This document shows positions 9,408 to 19,448 of a stretch of 64,000 bases of DNA, piece after piece. Position numbers and translations under genes: made by a program. Origin of the DNA: Verrucomicrobiia bacterium (GTDB taxonomy: Bacteria > Verrucomicrobiota > Verrucomicrobiia > Limisphaerales > JADLHS01); contig JAHCLO010000002.1 in NCBI GenBank assembly GCA_026125285.1, positions 211,115-275,114 of the forward strand. The letters run 5' to 3'. Below the pieces are notes generated by a model. The model searched no databases. It saw only the letters and a list, made by a program, of their open reading frames with translations, and was not told the origin of the DNA. How positions within the stretch are numbered: the stretch's first letter is position 1; each line of letters begins with the position of its first letter.

Positions 9408-10973
9408 TCACTTGAATTCAACATGAAGCCCCCATCGTTCAAGCAGAGTTGCCTCGGCGAAGCGCAATTGGGACAGGGCTTGATTGTAGTCGGCTTTGGT
9501 TCGGAGTTCGGCCGAACGGGCGGAGGCGAGATCGTTCTGCAACTGGAGCACAAAAAAAAGGGTGCTCTTTCCGCCAGCCAGTTTCTGCTCTTCGGCTTCC
9601 AGCGCAGTTTCGGAGAGCTCGCGGGCACGCCGGATAAGGCCAACACGATCAAGGCGGGCACGCGCCGTGTGGAGGGCGTCAGAAATCTCCCGCATGACCT
9701 GCTCCTCAAATTGTTTTACACGCAGTTCAGCCTGGGCTCGCGCGTGTTTGCTGGCCCGAAAATTCGCTCGCTCAGCCGTGCGACTTAAGGGCACGGAGAA
9801 GACAATACCAACCATGTCAGTGGGTGCGTCGCCGTCGCTGATCTGGTCCCGGGCCTCGTCGGACGACGCAGATGGACGCAAGGGCGGCAACAGTTGTCCC
9901 GTGCTTGCACCCTTGCGGCTGTGGCCGGCCACGAAATCCAGCGATGGGAAGAGTTGGTTGCGGCGGAACTTCAAATCCGTGGCGGACTTCTCGACATCTT
10001 GGCGAAGCTGGGCGAGGTCGGGACGGTTGGCAAGGCCCTGCTGCCAGCACGCCGGGAGATCAAACCGTTCGGGCCTCACCAACAAGGGATCGGCTGTCTC
10101 CAAGCGCACATCAACTGTGTTAGTCCAACTATCCCCCAGCAATGACCTCAATTCGTTTTCCGCCAGCCGAATGGCGTTGTCTGCAATGGTAAGATCCGCT
10201 TCTACATTAGCGACCTGGGCTTCGGCAAGCCGTTCGTCGAGCACCGTGAGGGTGCCCATTTCAATTTTGCGGCGCACACCCGAGAGAAGCTGCCGCCGGG
10301 TTTCCAGGAGTTCCCGCCGCACCCGCAATTCGCCGAGGGCGCAGGCCAGTTCGTAGTAGGCATGTTGAACCTGATTGATAACATCCATCGCCACGAATTG
10401 AACACCCAGCTCCGTGATCGCCAGATTCTGCCTGTTCACCTGAATCGTCATGCGCCCTTGATCTATCCAGAAGTTCCGCAGCAACGGCTGCCGGAGCATG
10501 AAACTGGTCTGCAGACTGTAGGACTCAAAATTCAGGCCGTTGCGCAAACCTTCACTATGCGCGTAGCCGCCTGAAATCGAATAGCTCAGTCCGCCCGGGA
10601 GGAAGCCAATCAGTCCGCCACGGGCCACTTCTGATTCCGCCGAGAAAACGGCGTCGCGGCTGAAATCCGCTGGATCAAATCCGCCAGTGTCTTCGGAATC
10701 CTCCGAGTGAGCTTCGACCGAAAAAATGGGATCGTAGTAGCCGTAGGAAGCGCTCAGCCAGGATTGGGCGATGGCGGGATTCAAGCGTTCGATCTGCAAG
10801 GTGCGATTCTGCAGCAAGGCGATGCGAATACATTCTTCAAGTGCCAGGTGGCGGACCTCCGAAGACTCCGGCTGCCCGGATTGATCTACAGCGAACGCGC
10901 CGCCTTGGAGCGCGAGCGTGCCGATCACCGCAAGAATACCCCGGCACATCGGGCTATCAGTTCGCCACCTCAT
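9408..10973 (-). CDS. TolC-family outer membrane efflux protein
   Basis: Start set to ATG 10973 (MRWRTDSPMCRGILAVIGTLALQGGAFA signal peptide). It overlaps the upstream stop in ATGA. Two repeated alpha-helical/coiled halves typical of outer membrane factors. Confidence 0.8.
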   Translation of the reverse strand: MRWRTDSPMCRGILAVIGTLALQGGAFAVDQSGQPESSEVRHLALEECIRIALLQNRTLQIERLNPAIAQSWLSASYGYYDPIFSVEAHSEDSEDTGGFDPADFSRDAVFSAESEVARGGLIGFLPGGLSYSISGGYAHSEGLRNGLNFESYSLQTSFMLRQPLLRNFWIDQGRMTIQVNRQNLAITELGVQFVAMDVINQVQHAYYELACALGELRVRRELLETRRQLLSGVRRKIEMGTLTVLDERLAEAQVANVEADLTIADNAIRLAENELRSLLGDSWTNTVDVRLETADPLLVRPERFDLPACWQQGLANRPDLAQLRQDVEKSATDLKFRRNQLFPSLDFVAGHSRKGASTGQLLPPLRPSASSDEARDQISDGDAPTDMVGIVFSVPLSRTAERANFRASKHARAQAELRVKQFEEQVMREISDALHTARARLDRVGLIRRARELSETALEAEEQKLAGGKSTLFFVLQLQNDLASARSAELRTKADYNQALSQLRFAEATLLERWGLHVEFK

Positions 10974-13333
10974 GGCAGGATCGGCGTCAGCAGCCGGAAA
11001 TAGTTGTTGGTGTTCGTGGCGCCAGCAACCACCAACTCCACCTCGCCGGTGGCAGTGACGGCGGGAAGATTCGTGACCAACTGCCAAGCGCCGGGCAACA
11101 GCGGATCAGTTGCCTCCAAGGCATACGTCCGCCCCTGAACCGCGTGAAAGCGAAGCCGGAGCGAGTCGCCGTCCCGGCTGATGCTCGTGAAAGTGAACAC
11201 ACTGGCAATATCACGCGGATTAGTGCCGGTCTGGTATTCCATCAAGTTGGTCGCCCCATCCAGATCCTCGTCATCGGTAGCATCAAGTGGTGAATTGAGA
11301 TTTAGTTCATACAGGTCTTCCCAGGCATCGGGCATGCCGTCGCCATCGGAATCAATAACATTGGCTCGTCCGGCGCTGGGCGTGCCGGCGACCCAGTTCA
11401 ACGGTTCGTTGCCATAAGCCAGCGATACCCGGCGTTGCAGCGAGCGTCCGCTCCCGGCGGCGTTCGTCGGCCACGGCGCGGCGCTGGCATACTTGATCCG
11501 CTCGGTTTGCATGTAAGGCACGAATCCGGGGTTCGGACTCAGCGGCCCTTGCGGCGTGTCCGGCTCCAGAACTTCCAAAGCCTCGCCCGTGTCGCTGAGT
11601 TTACCGGTGTAGGGACCGAGCACCGGCACATTGGCGGGCACGTTATACGCCGTGCGGAAGGCGGTCAGCTTGGCCGGGCTGGCCACCGGGTCGAAGCTGA
11701 CCAGCAGCAGAAATCCTCCAGTCGGGATGCTGAGTTGGGGCGGGAAGTCAAATGTGACTCCGTCGCGCAGCCGCCAGGTGTTCGTGGGAAAGAGTTGATC
11801 GTACAGGAAGGCCGCCACCGCACCCGGATTATGCAACTCGATAAATTCCTCGTCGGTGTTGGGTTGACCGCCAACGTCCGGTGGAAAAAACATGATTTCG
11901 TTAATGACAATCGGTCCGATGCGCGGCGCGGCGTTCGTCAGCCCCGCGCCCTGGCGGAACTGGACTACCGTTGCGGGATTGGCCACGCCGAAGCTGAGTT
12001 GACTTAACGGGACGAAATCAACGCCTGTGCTGGTCGCGTGACGGCCCGCCGAGACGCGATTCTTGAGCGCGCCAAAGCGGACAAACATTTGTTTCCCTGT
12101 CAGATTGCCCGCCGAGTTGCCGGCCGAAAGATAGACTTCATCCCCCTCGGAGGAATTGAGCGCAAAGCCGGTTTCACCCGCTCCAAATTGAACGTGGTAA
12201 AACACCTTGAAGCCATGCGCGGCGATGACGGTGCCCGCCGGGATTCGGTATTTCTGCGGTTGCGAACCTGAATCGCTCAGCCACCAATGACTGATGTCCA
12301 CGGACGCGGCGGTGAGGTTCTGCAATTCGATAGCGTCCTCAAACGGCAGGTCAGTGTGGGTGAGCACCTCGGATATCGTGATGTTGGTTAGCATCTGGAA
12401 GTTGCTGGCGCCGGGCGTGGCTGTGCCGGCGGGAAAGAAGGCAAAGTTTTCGCTGCCGTCCGGGGCGCGACCCTGGGAAACATTCTGGGTTTGCGCCCCA
12501 TAGACAACGCGATCCAGAATCGTCGTTCGGTTTGCTGCGTAAATGGTCAGGGTTTCCCCCTCAGTCGCCAGCTTGAAGTCGAGGTGGTCAGCGTCGGACT
12601 TATCGAGGTCTGAGGCGAAGAACTGCACAAAATCACCCGCTGCGATGAAGGAATGGGCAGGAATGGCGCGGTTGCCGGGGGTGCCACTTGGCTGGTCCGT
12701 AATGACCAGCCCCCCGAGCGCCACAGGTCGATCATCGGCGTTGAACACTTCAAGCCAGTCATCACCAGTGGCGGGTCTGGCCATCCATTCGTTGAGGCGC
12801 AGCTGGCTGGCATCGCCCGTGACCGTGGTGGTATTGGGCAGCCCGACCGAGGGTTGATTCAGTACCCACACCCCCGTGCCATCTGGCACGCGCCCCAGGG
12901 ACAAATCACCCACCTGCAAGCCGAAGGCAATTTGATCAACCATGGTGATACCGTCCGGCGCATAAAGCCGGACATGATCGCCCTTTGCGCCGAGACCAAA
13001 ACCGGTATGCAGGCCGGGCGAAGCGAAATTGAGGTCCGCCCACACGACGAGAAAGCCATTGGCGGGCACGGTGGCGCCGGCTGGGAACACGAATTGCCGA
13101 GGCAGGAGCGGGTCGTCGGACAAACTCCAATTACCGACGTTTACCGGCGATCCCGTTGGATTGTAAAGTTCGATGTAATCCGGGTAGTTGCCGCCGTTGG
13201 CGACGGCGGAACGGTTGTCGGCCAGGACTTCGTTCAGTACCACTTGGGCGCGACTCTCCGTTTCCGCGAGGGTCAATCCCATGCAAGCTGCGGTCAGGAG
13301 GATGAAGGAATGTTTCCAATTGCGATTCAGCAT
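10970..13333 (-). CDS. secreted protein with four lamin-tail (LTD) domains and C-terminal Ca-binding (TSP3-like DxDxDG) repeats
   Basis: Signal peptide MLNRNWKHSFILLTAACMGLTLA. Four LNE/ISE/INE..(I/V)EL(Y/F/Q/H)N units (VLNEVLADN..YIELYNP, LNEWMARP..WLEVFN, ISEVLTHT..AIELQN, INEIMFFP..FIELHNP). DSDGDGMPDAWE and DDEDLDGATNLMEYQTGTNPRD lie near the C-terminus. Confidence 0.7.
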   Translation of the reverse strand: MLNRNWKHSFILLTAACMGLTLAETESRAQVVLNEVLADNRSAVANGGNYPDYIELYNPTGSPVNVGNWSLSDDPLLPRQFVFPAGATVPANGFLVVWADLNFASPGLHTGFGLGAKGDHVRLYAPDGITMVDQIAFGLQVGDLSLGRVPDGTGVWVLNQPSVGLPNTTTVTGDASQLRLNEWMARPATGDDWLEVFNADDRPVALGGLVITDQPSGTPGNRAIPAHSFIAAGDFVQFFASDLDKSDADHLDFKLATEGETLTIYAANRTTILDRVVYGAQTQNVSQGRAPDGSENFAFFPAGTATPGASNFQMLTNITISEVLTHTDLPFEDAIELQNLTAASVDISHWWLSDSGSQPQKYRIPAGTVIAAHGFKVFYHVQFGAGETGFALNSSEGDEVYLSAGNSAGNLTGKQMFVRFGALKNRVSAGRHATSTGVDFVPLSQLSFGVANPATVVQFRQGAGLTNAAPRIGPIVINEIMFFPPDVGGQPNTDEEFIELHNPGAVAAFLYDQLFPTNTWRLRDGVTFDFPPQLSIPTGGFLLLVSFDPVASPAKLTAFRTAYNVPANVPVLGPYTGKLSDTGEALEVLEPDTPQGPLSPNPGFVPYMQTERIKYASAAPWPTNAAGSGRSLQRRVSLAYGNEPLNWVAGTPSAGRANVIDSDGDGMPDAWEDLYELNLNSPLDATDDEDLDGATNLMEYQTGTNPRDIASVFTFTSISRDGDSLRLRFHAVQGRTYALEATDPLLPGAWQLVTNLPAVTATGEVELVVAGATNTNNYFRLLTPILP

Positions 13334-13336
13334 AAG

Positions 13337-14329
13337 TCAGAAATCAATGGTAATGGCGCGGAAGCATTTCAGGTTTGGATCGTTCAGGCTCTTGCAATCC
13401 TGACCATCAATCTTTCGCGTGCCATCGTCGCTCACGACCAGCAATCGCTCGATGCCGTTCCCAGTCAGGAACTCGATCGCTTCCGGATTCAGCCCGGCCA
13501 GTTCCGCACGCGGCAGTCGGCGGGGCGTGTCGTCGCCGCCACGCCATTCAAAGAGCAACGATTGGCCTTCGCCGTCGTAGGAGCCTGCAATGATTAAATA
13601 GCGGTCTCCGGATCGCGCCAGACTGCGAATGCCCAACCCACCCAAGTCCAGCAGGAGCGGCTCGCCCAGTCGCGCCGGTTTGCCTTCGATTGCTTCGGCT
13701 GGATTGAGCAGCGGCACGATCAAGGCCCTGTCTTGGGGAACGGGATTGCGAAAGCCGATCAGCAGATGTCCCTCCGCCGTGGCGCACAAACCCTCGATGT
13801 TCAGCGCGTTCTTCGACTTGGGCGCGCGCCGGGCGGCGGCGGCCAGATTGAACGGTTTCAGACGCGGGTCTTTCAGCAGATCAGTTAACAGATTGAGGTA
13901 AGGTCGTCCCACGGGTTGGATGGCGAACGTGCCGTTCACCTCGGACAACGTGGTGGCAAATAAACGCCGCCGACTGACACGGTCTTTGCCGTTCTTATTC
14001 CGCGCGTGGGAGGAGATCCAATAAACCCGATCTCCGATAGGCGCGGCGCCTTCGAGGTCCACTTCCGGAGACTTGGGTTCCGCCCGCAAGAAGGTGGAAA
14101 GATCATACGTGTGAACCGGCAGCCCGCCGTGGTTGCGTGAATAAACGCGCAGGATGTTGTCCTCATCATCGGCAACGACAAAGTGTCCGCTGCCCAGCGG
14201 CACCACCGCCGAGGCATCGCACATGCCGCGGCAGGTGATGGCGGCAGGATTCGTGACACCCCATTGGGCAGACAGCAAAGCAGCGGCAACGGCAAGAATG
14301 CGCAGACGATGGTGTATTCGTGGATTCAT
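13337..14329 (-). CDS. secreted hypothetical protein, DUF3616-like
   Basis: Signal peptide (LRILAVAAALLSAQW). Motifs VVADDEDN, NIEGL and VVSDDG resemble my recollection of DUF3616. The family call comes from memory only. Confidence 0.45.
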   Translation of the reverse strand: MNPRIHHRLRILAVAAALLSAQWGVTNPAAITCRGMCDASAVVPLGSGHFVVADDEDNILRVYSRNHGGLPVHTYDLSTFLRAEPKSPEVDLEGAAPIGDRVYWISSHARNKNGKDRVSRRRLFATTLSEVNGTFAIQPVGRPYLNLLTDLLKDPRLKPFNLAAAARRAPKSKNALNIEGLCATAEGHLLIGFRNPVPQDRALIVPLLNPAEAIEGKPARLGEPLLLDLGGLGIRSLARSGDRYLIIAGSYDGEGQSLLFEWRGGDDTPRRLPRAELAGLNPEAIEFLTGNGIERLLVVSDDGTRKIDGQDCKSLNDPNLKCFRAITIDF

Positions 14330-15477
14330 CGTTTTATTGAGGACGATTGCTGATGGATTAAAGTGACCTTCGCTGAAGGGACGGGGCTTGAGGACTCGGT
14401 TGGTGCATCAGGAATCAGGAGGTCCACGATTTCACCGGGACGGACGGTAACATGGTCCGGCACCGGCAGCATGACCGGCAAGGCCACATCCACCAGCGCA
14501 TCCGGACGCACAATGGCCAGGGAATTGGTAAGAATCTCCATGTGAGCTCCAATCTGCTCAATATGACTCCAGAAGACTTGGCGCGGCTTGGTTCGGGTTG
14601 TGACACGCGCAGGCATGCCCACCTTCGGCTCCAACGGGTAGGGCTGCCGAAGATAGGCAACCACCCGGTCCGAACGAAGAGCATTAATGGCGAGCAAAGG
14701 TTCGCCGGCCAACACGAACTCCCCTGGTTGCCGCAGCGGCACTCCCGTCATCCCTGTGATCGGTGCGAGCAGGGTGAGGGGTTGCAGGTTGCTGGCTGCA
14801 CTGGCCTGAGCTTGCTCCAACTGGGACAGCCATTCCGGGATTGCGGAGGCGTTGGACAAGGCATCGGGTTCGCCGATGGACCGTAACTCCTCCAAGCGGT
14901 GCTCAATCTCACTACTGGCCTTGGCTTTCTCCTCAACCTCAGCTTTCAGAGCATCGCGTGCGTTTACACTCAGTTCATAAATGTCTTCAGCAACCAGTTT
15001 CTCCTTATACAGCGGGGTGTTGCGTAATACATCCCTTTCAGCCAGTTCAAGTTTCACCCGGGCGACGGCAAGTTCGGATCTGGTTTTCAATAATTCCACC
15101 CGGATGCGCTCAAAGTTCATCGCGTTGTTCTCCGCGAGCGACGGCTGCAAGCGAACGCGGGCCATCTCAAACAACGAGCGCAGCAGATCGAAGTCAGCGC
15201 GCGCATCCACCGGACTGAGAACCGCGACCGCCGTTCCCTGCTCCACGATCGTGTATGGGGCCACCAGCCACTGCTCAATCCGTGCGGGCTGCGGGGCGGC
15301 CAAGAGCGATCGCACCCCTTCGCCGATTCCATGCAGGTTTCCTGTTGCACTGTAGTACTTCAGCATGACCCCGATGGCACCGACTAGCAATGCAAAGAAG
15401 ATCAAGGGCACGTACCGGACCCGGAATTCGCGCCATCGCGCCGACCAGGGAATGGGGATTGGACGTGGCGAACTCAT
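14326..15477 (-). CDS. HlyD-family membrane fusion / secretion adaptor protein
   Basis: Single N-terminal TM (VPLIFFALLVGAIGVML), a long coiled-coil (ELKTRSELAVARVKLELAERD..) and a C-terminal beta domain. A 4-nt overlap (ATGA) joins it to the next gene. Confidence 0.7.
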   Translation of the reverse strand: MSSPRPIPIPWSARWREFRVRYVPLIFFALLVGAIGVMLKYYSATGNLHGIGEGVRSLLAAPQPARIEQWLVAPYTIVEQGTAVAVLSPVDARADFDLLRSLFEMARVRLQPSLAENNAMNFERIRVELLKTRSELAVARVKLELAERDVLRNTPLYKEKLVAEDIYELSVNARDALKAEVEEKAKASSEIEHRLEELRSIGEPDALSNASAIPEWLSQLEQAQASAASNLQPLTLLAPITGMTGVPLRQPGEFVLAGEPLLAINALRSDRVVAYLRQPYPLEPKVGMPARVTTRTKPRQVFWSHIEQIGAHMEILTNSLAIVRPDALVDVALPVMLPVPDHVTVRPGEIVDLLIPDAPTESSSPVPSAKVTLIHQQSSSIKR

Positions 15478-15587
15478 GAAAGCAATTCCTCCCGGAAAAA
15501 TTCAGAGAGATTTCCCGCATTCAAAGCGTTAGAATGGAGGCCGTAATGAAATCTTTGCAAAACCATGATTTGCGACTTTCTCCCTAT

Positions 15588-15603
15588 AGCCACGAACATG
15601 CCA
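15588..15603 (-). promoter_or_regulatory. candidate sigma-54 (-24/-12) promoter for the HlyD-DUF3616-LTD-TolC operon
   Basis: The minus strand reads TGGCATGTTCGTGGCT against the consensus TGGCAC-N5-TTGCW. The GG and GC dinucleotides are correctly spaced. It lies ~110 nt upstream of ATG 15477, and a sigma-54-dependent activator is encoded divergently. Confidence 0.35.
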
Positions 15604-15681
15604 AAAGGGCAGCCGCGCCCAACATCGAGAAAACCCTCCCAGTTTCTGCTATTTCCATAAACGCCAGCGAAACGAAATTGA

Positions 15682-17100
15682 ATGAATTGTTCCAAAGCTG
15701 GCATGTTTAGTTCAATTCGCAGTCCGGAGGCAAGAGCGCGGTTGATCGGCTTCGTGCTGGTGGTTGCCGCCGGGTTGGTATTGGTCCTGTGGATTGAGCG
15801 CAGCACTTGGAACCAGGCCAGATTGCTGCAAAAGGAAATGGCCGCGATTCGCACCGAGAGTTTTTATCTCGGCGTCCATTTGCGTGCCGGAATCTGGCGG
15901 CTGGACGGACGATTGCTGCGCTTTCAGTTGTCGGAAGACCAGACCGAACGCGAGTCTTACTTGCGCGAGTCCCGGGAATTGAGTGAACAAATTGAGCGGA
16001 TGAAACCGCATTTGGTCACTGACCTGGAAGTCGAATCGCTTAAGGCCGTGGAGGCGGCCTATCGAGTGTATCTGGCGGACGCGACCCCACTGCTGGTTCG
16101 CGGGATTCGCGGTATCCGACGTGGCACCACTGAGGAACTGGCACAGCAAATCGCCGGGAAGTCGGCTGCCGTTCTGCTGGTTTGCGATGAGTTGGTGGCA
16201 GCGAATCAATCAGCTTGGGAGTCCGTCCTGTCGCAGTCGGATCGTTCGGTCACCAACGTGATTCGGTTGATGCAAGGCTCTGCGGCGCTCATGCTGACCC
16301 TGTGTGCGGGGATTCTGGCCTTGGCCTATCGCGCCTTCTTCGCACCGCTGCAAAGCCAGCTCAATGCCAGCACGGCGGCCATTCAACGACAGGAGAAACT
16401 GGCCGCGCTCGGCGCCCTGGCAGCCGGCGTTGCACACGAAATCCGGAATCCGCTTGCCGCCATCAAGTTCCGGTTGTTCAGCTTGCAGGATTCGCTGTCG
16501 TCTGGTTTAGCCGACACCGAAGATCTTCGAATCATCGGCGACGAAATCAATCGCTTGGAACGCATTGTGAAAGACTTCCTTCGGTTCGCGCGGCCGTCCG
16601 AACCTGAACTGATGAAGGTGTCCGCCGCCCAATTGCTTCAGGAAGTTCATGACTTGTTGCGCGGCCAGTTTGAAAAACAGTCGGTCCAACTCGCCGTCGA
16701 GATTACGGAGGACCTTTGGCTGCATGCGGACAAGGAACAAATCAAACAGGTGCTCATCAACCTTGCGCAGAACGCGGCGGAGAGTGTTCGAGCAAATGGC
16801 AGCGTGACGCTTCGGATCCGGCAGGGAGCGGCGCATCGCACCAGCGGTTCACAGCCGATGGCCATCTTCGAAGTGACGGACAATGGTGCGGGCATTCCAC
16901 CCGAAGTCGAAAGCCGTCTGTTCGATCCGTTTTTCTCGACCAAGAAATGCGGCACCGGCTTGGGATTGTCCATTGCTGCGCGCATTGTTGAGAAGCACGG
17001 CGGACACATCCAATATCATACGCAACAAAACTCCGGCACGACCTTCAGTGTCGGGCTGCCTCGATGGACCAATCATGCCACCACGGATTCTACTAATTGA
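15682..17100 (+). CDS. sensor histidine kinase (HisKA + HATPase_c)
   Basis: N-terminal TM, H-box LAAGVAHEIRNPLAAI, N/G boxes (NLAQNAAES, DNGAGIP, GTGLGLSIA). Confidence 0.85.
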   Translation: MNCSKAGMFSSIRSPEARARLIGFVLVVAAGLVLVLWIERSTWNQARLLQKEMAAIRTESFYLGVHLRAGIWRLDGRLLRFQLSEDQTERESYLRESRELSEQIERMKPHLVTDLEVESLKAVEAAYRVYLADATPLLVRGIRGIRRGTTEELAQQIAGKSAAVLLVCDELVAANQSAWESVLSQSDRSVTNVIRLMQGSAALMLTLCAGILALAYRAFFAPLQSQLNASTAAIQRQEKLAALGALAAGVAHEIRNPLAAIKFRLFSLQDSLSSGLADTEDLRIIGDEINRLERIVKDFLRFARPSEPELMKVSAAQLLQEVHDLLRGQFEKQSVQLAVEITEDLWLHADKEQIKQVLINLAQNAAESVRANGSVTLRIRQGAAHRTSGSQPMAIFEVTDNGAGIPPEVESRLFDPFFSTKKCGTGLGLSIAARIVEKHGGHIQYHTQQNSGTTFSVGLPRWTNHATTDSTN

Positions 17101-18478
17101 AGATGACGTCAGCGCCGGCGCGGCATTTGAAAAAGTGCTGCGCAAGGCCGGCTACGAAGTGCTTTCGGTTTCGCGCGGGGAGGAGGGGCTCGCCGCCGCC
17201 GTGCGCCAGCAGTTCGATCTGGTGCTTACAGATTTCAAACTGCCCGGAGTGAGCGGACTTGAACTGATCAGCAAACTGCGAGCTTCGCAGCCGCGGTTAC
17301 CCATCATCATGATGACCGCCCACGGCACGACCGAGACGGCGATTCAAGCCACCAAACTGGGCGCATACGAATATTTAGTGAAACCGTTTGAAGTGGATGA
17401 ATTGCTCGACCTCGTTGCGTCAGTCGTCGAGCAGTCACGGTTAATGACGGAGGAAGTTGAGCTTGGCGAGTCACATTCCGCCCCGCGCGCCTTGGTCGGC
17501 AATAGCCGGGTGATGCAGAGCATTTACAAACAAATCGGTCGCATCGCTGCGACCCCAGTTACGGTCTTGATCCGGGGTGAAACCGGCACTGGCAAGGAAC
17601 TGGTTGCGCGGGCCATTTACCAGCACAGCGAACGTGCGGACAAGCCGTTTATCGCCATCAACTGCGCCGCCATTCCTGAGACCCTGCTTGAGAGCGAATT
17701 GTTCGGGCACGAACGCGGTGCCTTTACAGGCGCGCAATCCCAGCGCATCGGGCGATTCGAGCAGGCTAGTGGGGGCACCATCTTCCTGGATGAAATCGGC
17801 GACCTGCCGCAAAACACGCAGTCCAAGCTGCTGCGTGTCCTGCAAGAGCGGCACATCCAGCGATTGGGCGGTAATGAACTCCTTGCGGTGGATGTGCGAG
17901 TACTGGCCGCGACGCATTGCGACATTGAAACGGCGATCCGGGAAAAGGAATTCCGCGAGGATTTGTTTTACCGGCTGAACGGAGTAGTGATTCAAATCCC
18001 GCCGCTGCGCGAACGGCGCGAAGACATACCCTCGCTGGTTGAATTTTTCATCCAACGCGACGCCCATGCGCTGGGAGTCGAGTCCCCTTCCATCCAAAGT
18101 GATGCGCTTTCACTTCTTGGCGATCAATTCTGGCCCGGCAACGTCCGTGAATTGGAGAACGCCGTCCGCCAGGCGCTCCTGCTGGCCCGTCCATTCGCGA
18201 TCAACCCGGAGCACGTCAAACAGGTGCTCGCCCAAGGGCGCAAAGCCGTCTCGGTCCTCGGCGCTGGCTATAGCAATTACGTGAGGGATTTGTTGTCGAG
18301 GGTGCAACGCGGGGAGGAACAGGACGCCTACGCCCGCGTCATCGCTGATCTCGAACCGGAATTGTTCACGCAAGCATTTCGGCTGGCGCAGGGAAACCAA
18401 GGGCGGGCCGCACGCTGGCTGGGAGTCACGCGGCTCAAATTGCGTGAAAAGCTGAGGCAGCTTGGTTTGCACCAGTAG
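17075..18478 (+). CDS. sigma-54-dependent response regulator (NtrC family: REC + AAA+ + Fis HTH)
   Basis: Start set to ATG 17075 (MPPRILLIEDD), overlapping the kinase 3' end. Contains GETGTGKELVARAIY, ESELFGHERGAFTGA and a C-terminal HTH (RAARWLGVTRLKLREKL). Confidence 0.9.
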   Translation: MPPRILLIEDDVSAGAAFEKVLRKAGYEVLSVSRGEEGLAAAVRQQFDLVLTDFKLPGVSGLELISKLRASQPRLPIIMMTAHGTTETAIQATKLGAYEYLVKPFEVDELLDLVASVVEQSRLMTEEVELGESHSAPRALVGNSRVMQSIYKQIGRIAATPVTVLIRGETGTGKELVARAIYQHSERADKPFIAINCAAIPETLLESELFGHERGAFTGAQSQRIGRFEQASGGTIFLDEIGDLPQNTQSKLLRVLQERHIQRLGGNELLAVDVRVLAATHCDIETAIREKEFREDLFYRLNGVVIQIPPLRERREDIPSLVEFFIQRDAHALGVESPSIQSDALSLLGDQFWPGNVRELENAVRQALLLARPFAINPEHVKQVLAQGRKAVSVLGAGYSNYVRDLLSRVQRGEEQDAYARVIADLEPELFTQAFRLAQGNQGRAARWLGVTRLKLREKLRQLGLHQ

Positions 18479-18536
18479 CACAATTCGCTACAACGGCAAC
18501 CAATCACTTTCTAATCCCCAGCCCATAACTGCGCAA

Positions 18537-19277
18537 TCAACGGTCAGTCACCCGCAGCCGGCCTGACTTCTTGCTTCGTTGAATGACGACGTAAGAAAGG
18601 AGCAACACAGCCAGCGCCAAAAGCCACTCAGGATCCAGTTCCCACCGCGAGTCCGCGATGAGGTCTTCAGCGACATCAAGAAACAGTGCGGCAGACACAA
18701 AGCCAAGCCACGTGCTGATTTCACGGCGGAGCACCATCCGCCACGAGAACTGTAGCGCGGATTTCCGCCACTGAGCAAACCTTGGGAAGAAAGCCGGCGT
18801 CACTTTGCTCCATCTCGCATAAGCTTCGCCAAACCGATCAAGGAGAAACTTCTCTTCTGCCATCATAATCCTCTCGTAATAGAGCGCGAAGGCCAGGATA
18901 CCGATAATAGTTATGTGCCAAAGGCCCGTCGTAAGGAGCAACCCGAGAATGATCAAAAAATTACCCAGATAGAGCGGGTGACGAACCACGGAATATACGC
19001 CGCAGGTGTTCAACACCGCCGCGCGCTGCTCCTTCGTATTTCTTCCAGAAGTGGACCGAGGGACATGACCGACGGTAATGATACGCACAGCGATGCCCAT
19101 CAGAGAAACCCCCAGCGCAAAAGCTTCAAAGAAATCATCCATCTGATCACGCAAGACTACGTCGAGATATTCCGCGTCGCGCAAGCCCCACAGCCCGACG
19201 GGAAGGAACACCAAGGGCAAGAAGCTCCGCCAACGAAATAATTTAGCGCCCACTCGGGGTAATTGTTTAACAAGCAT
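18537..19277 (-). CDS. isoprenylcysteine carboxyl methyltransferase (ICMT/PEMT-like) family membrane protein
   Basis: Multi-TM protein with the motif GVYSVVRHPLYLGNFLIILG. Confidence 0.7.
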   Translation of the reverse strand: MLVKQLPRVGAKLFRWRSFLPLVFLPVGLWGLRDAEYLDVVLRDQMDDFFEAFALGVSLMGIAVRIITVGHVPRSTSGRNTKEQRAAVLNTCGVYSVVRHPLYLGNFLIILGLLLTTGLWHITIIGILAFALYYERIMMAEEKFLLDRFGEAYARWSKVTPAFFPRFAQWRKSALQFSWRMVLRREISTWLGFVSAALFLDVAEDLIADSRWELDPEWLLALAVLLLSYVVIQRSKKSGRLRVTDR

Positions 19278-19448
19278 GGCGACGTAAGTTAGGCAACACC
19301 GCTGAATCCGTCAACGGCTGGAAATCTGGCTTGGGGCATTTGAACCGGCGCACGATCAGCAAGGAATATGGAGCCTGGCAGGAACTCTTCGGTTACTACA
19401 ATTCCAAGCCTTTCAGTTGGATCACACGCTACGTTTTTGACCAAACAA

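Noticed and set aside
15699-15714. Second sigma-54-like string TGGCATGTTTAGTTCA on the plus strand.
   Set aside because: It lies inside the start of the histidine kinase ORF, and its ATG is an alternative start. Its -12 element is TTCA, lacking the conserved GC.
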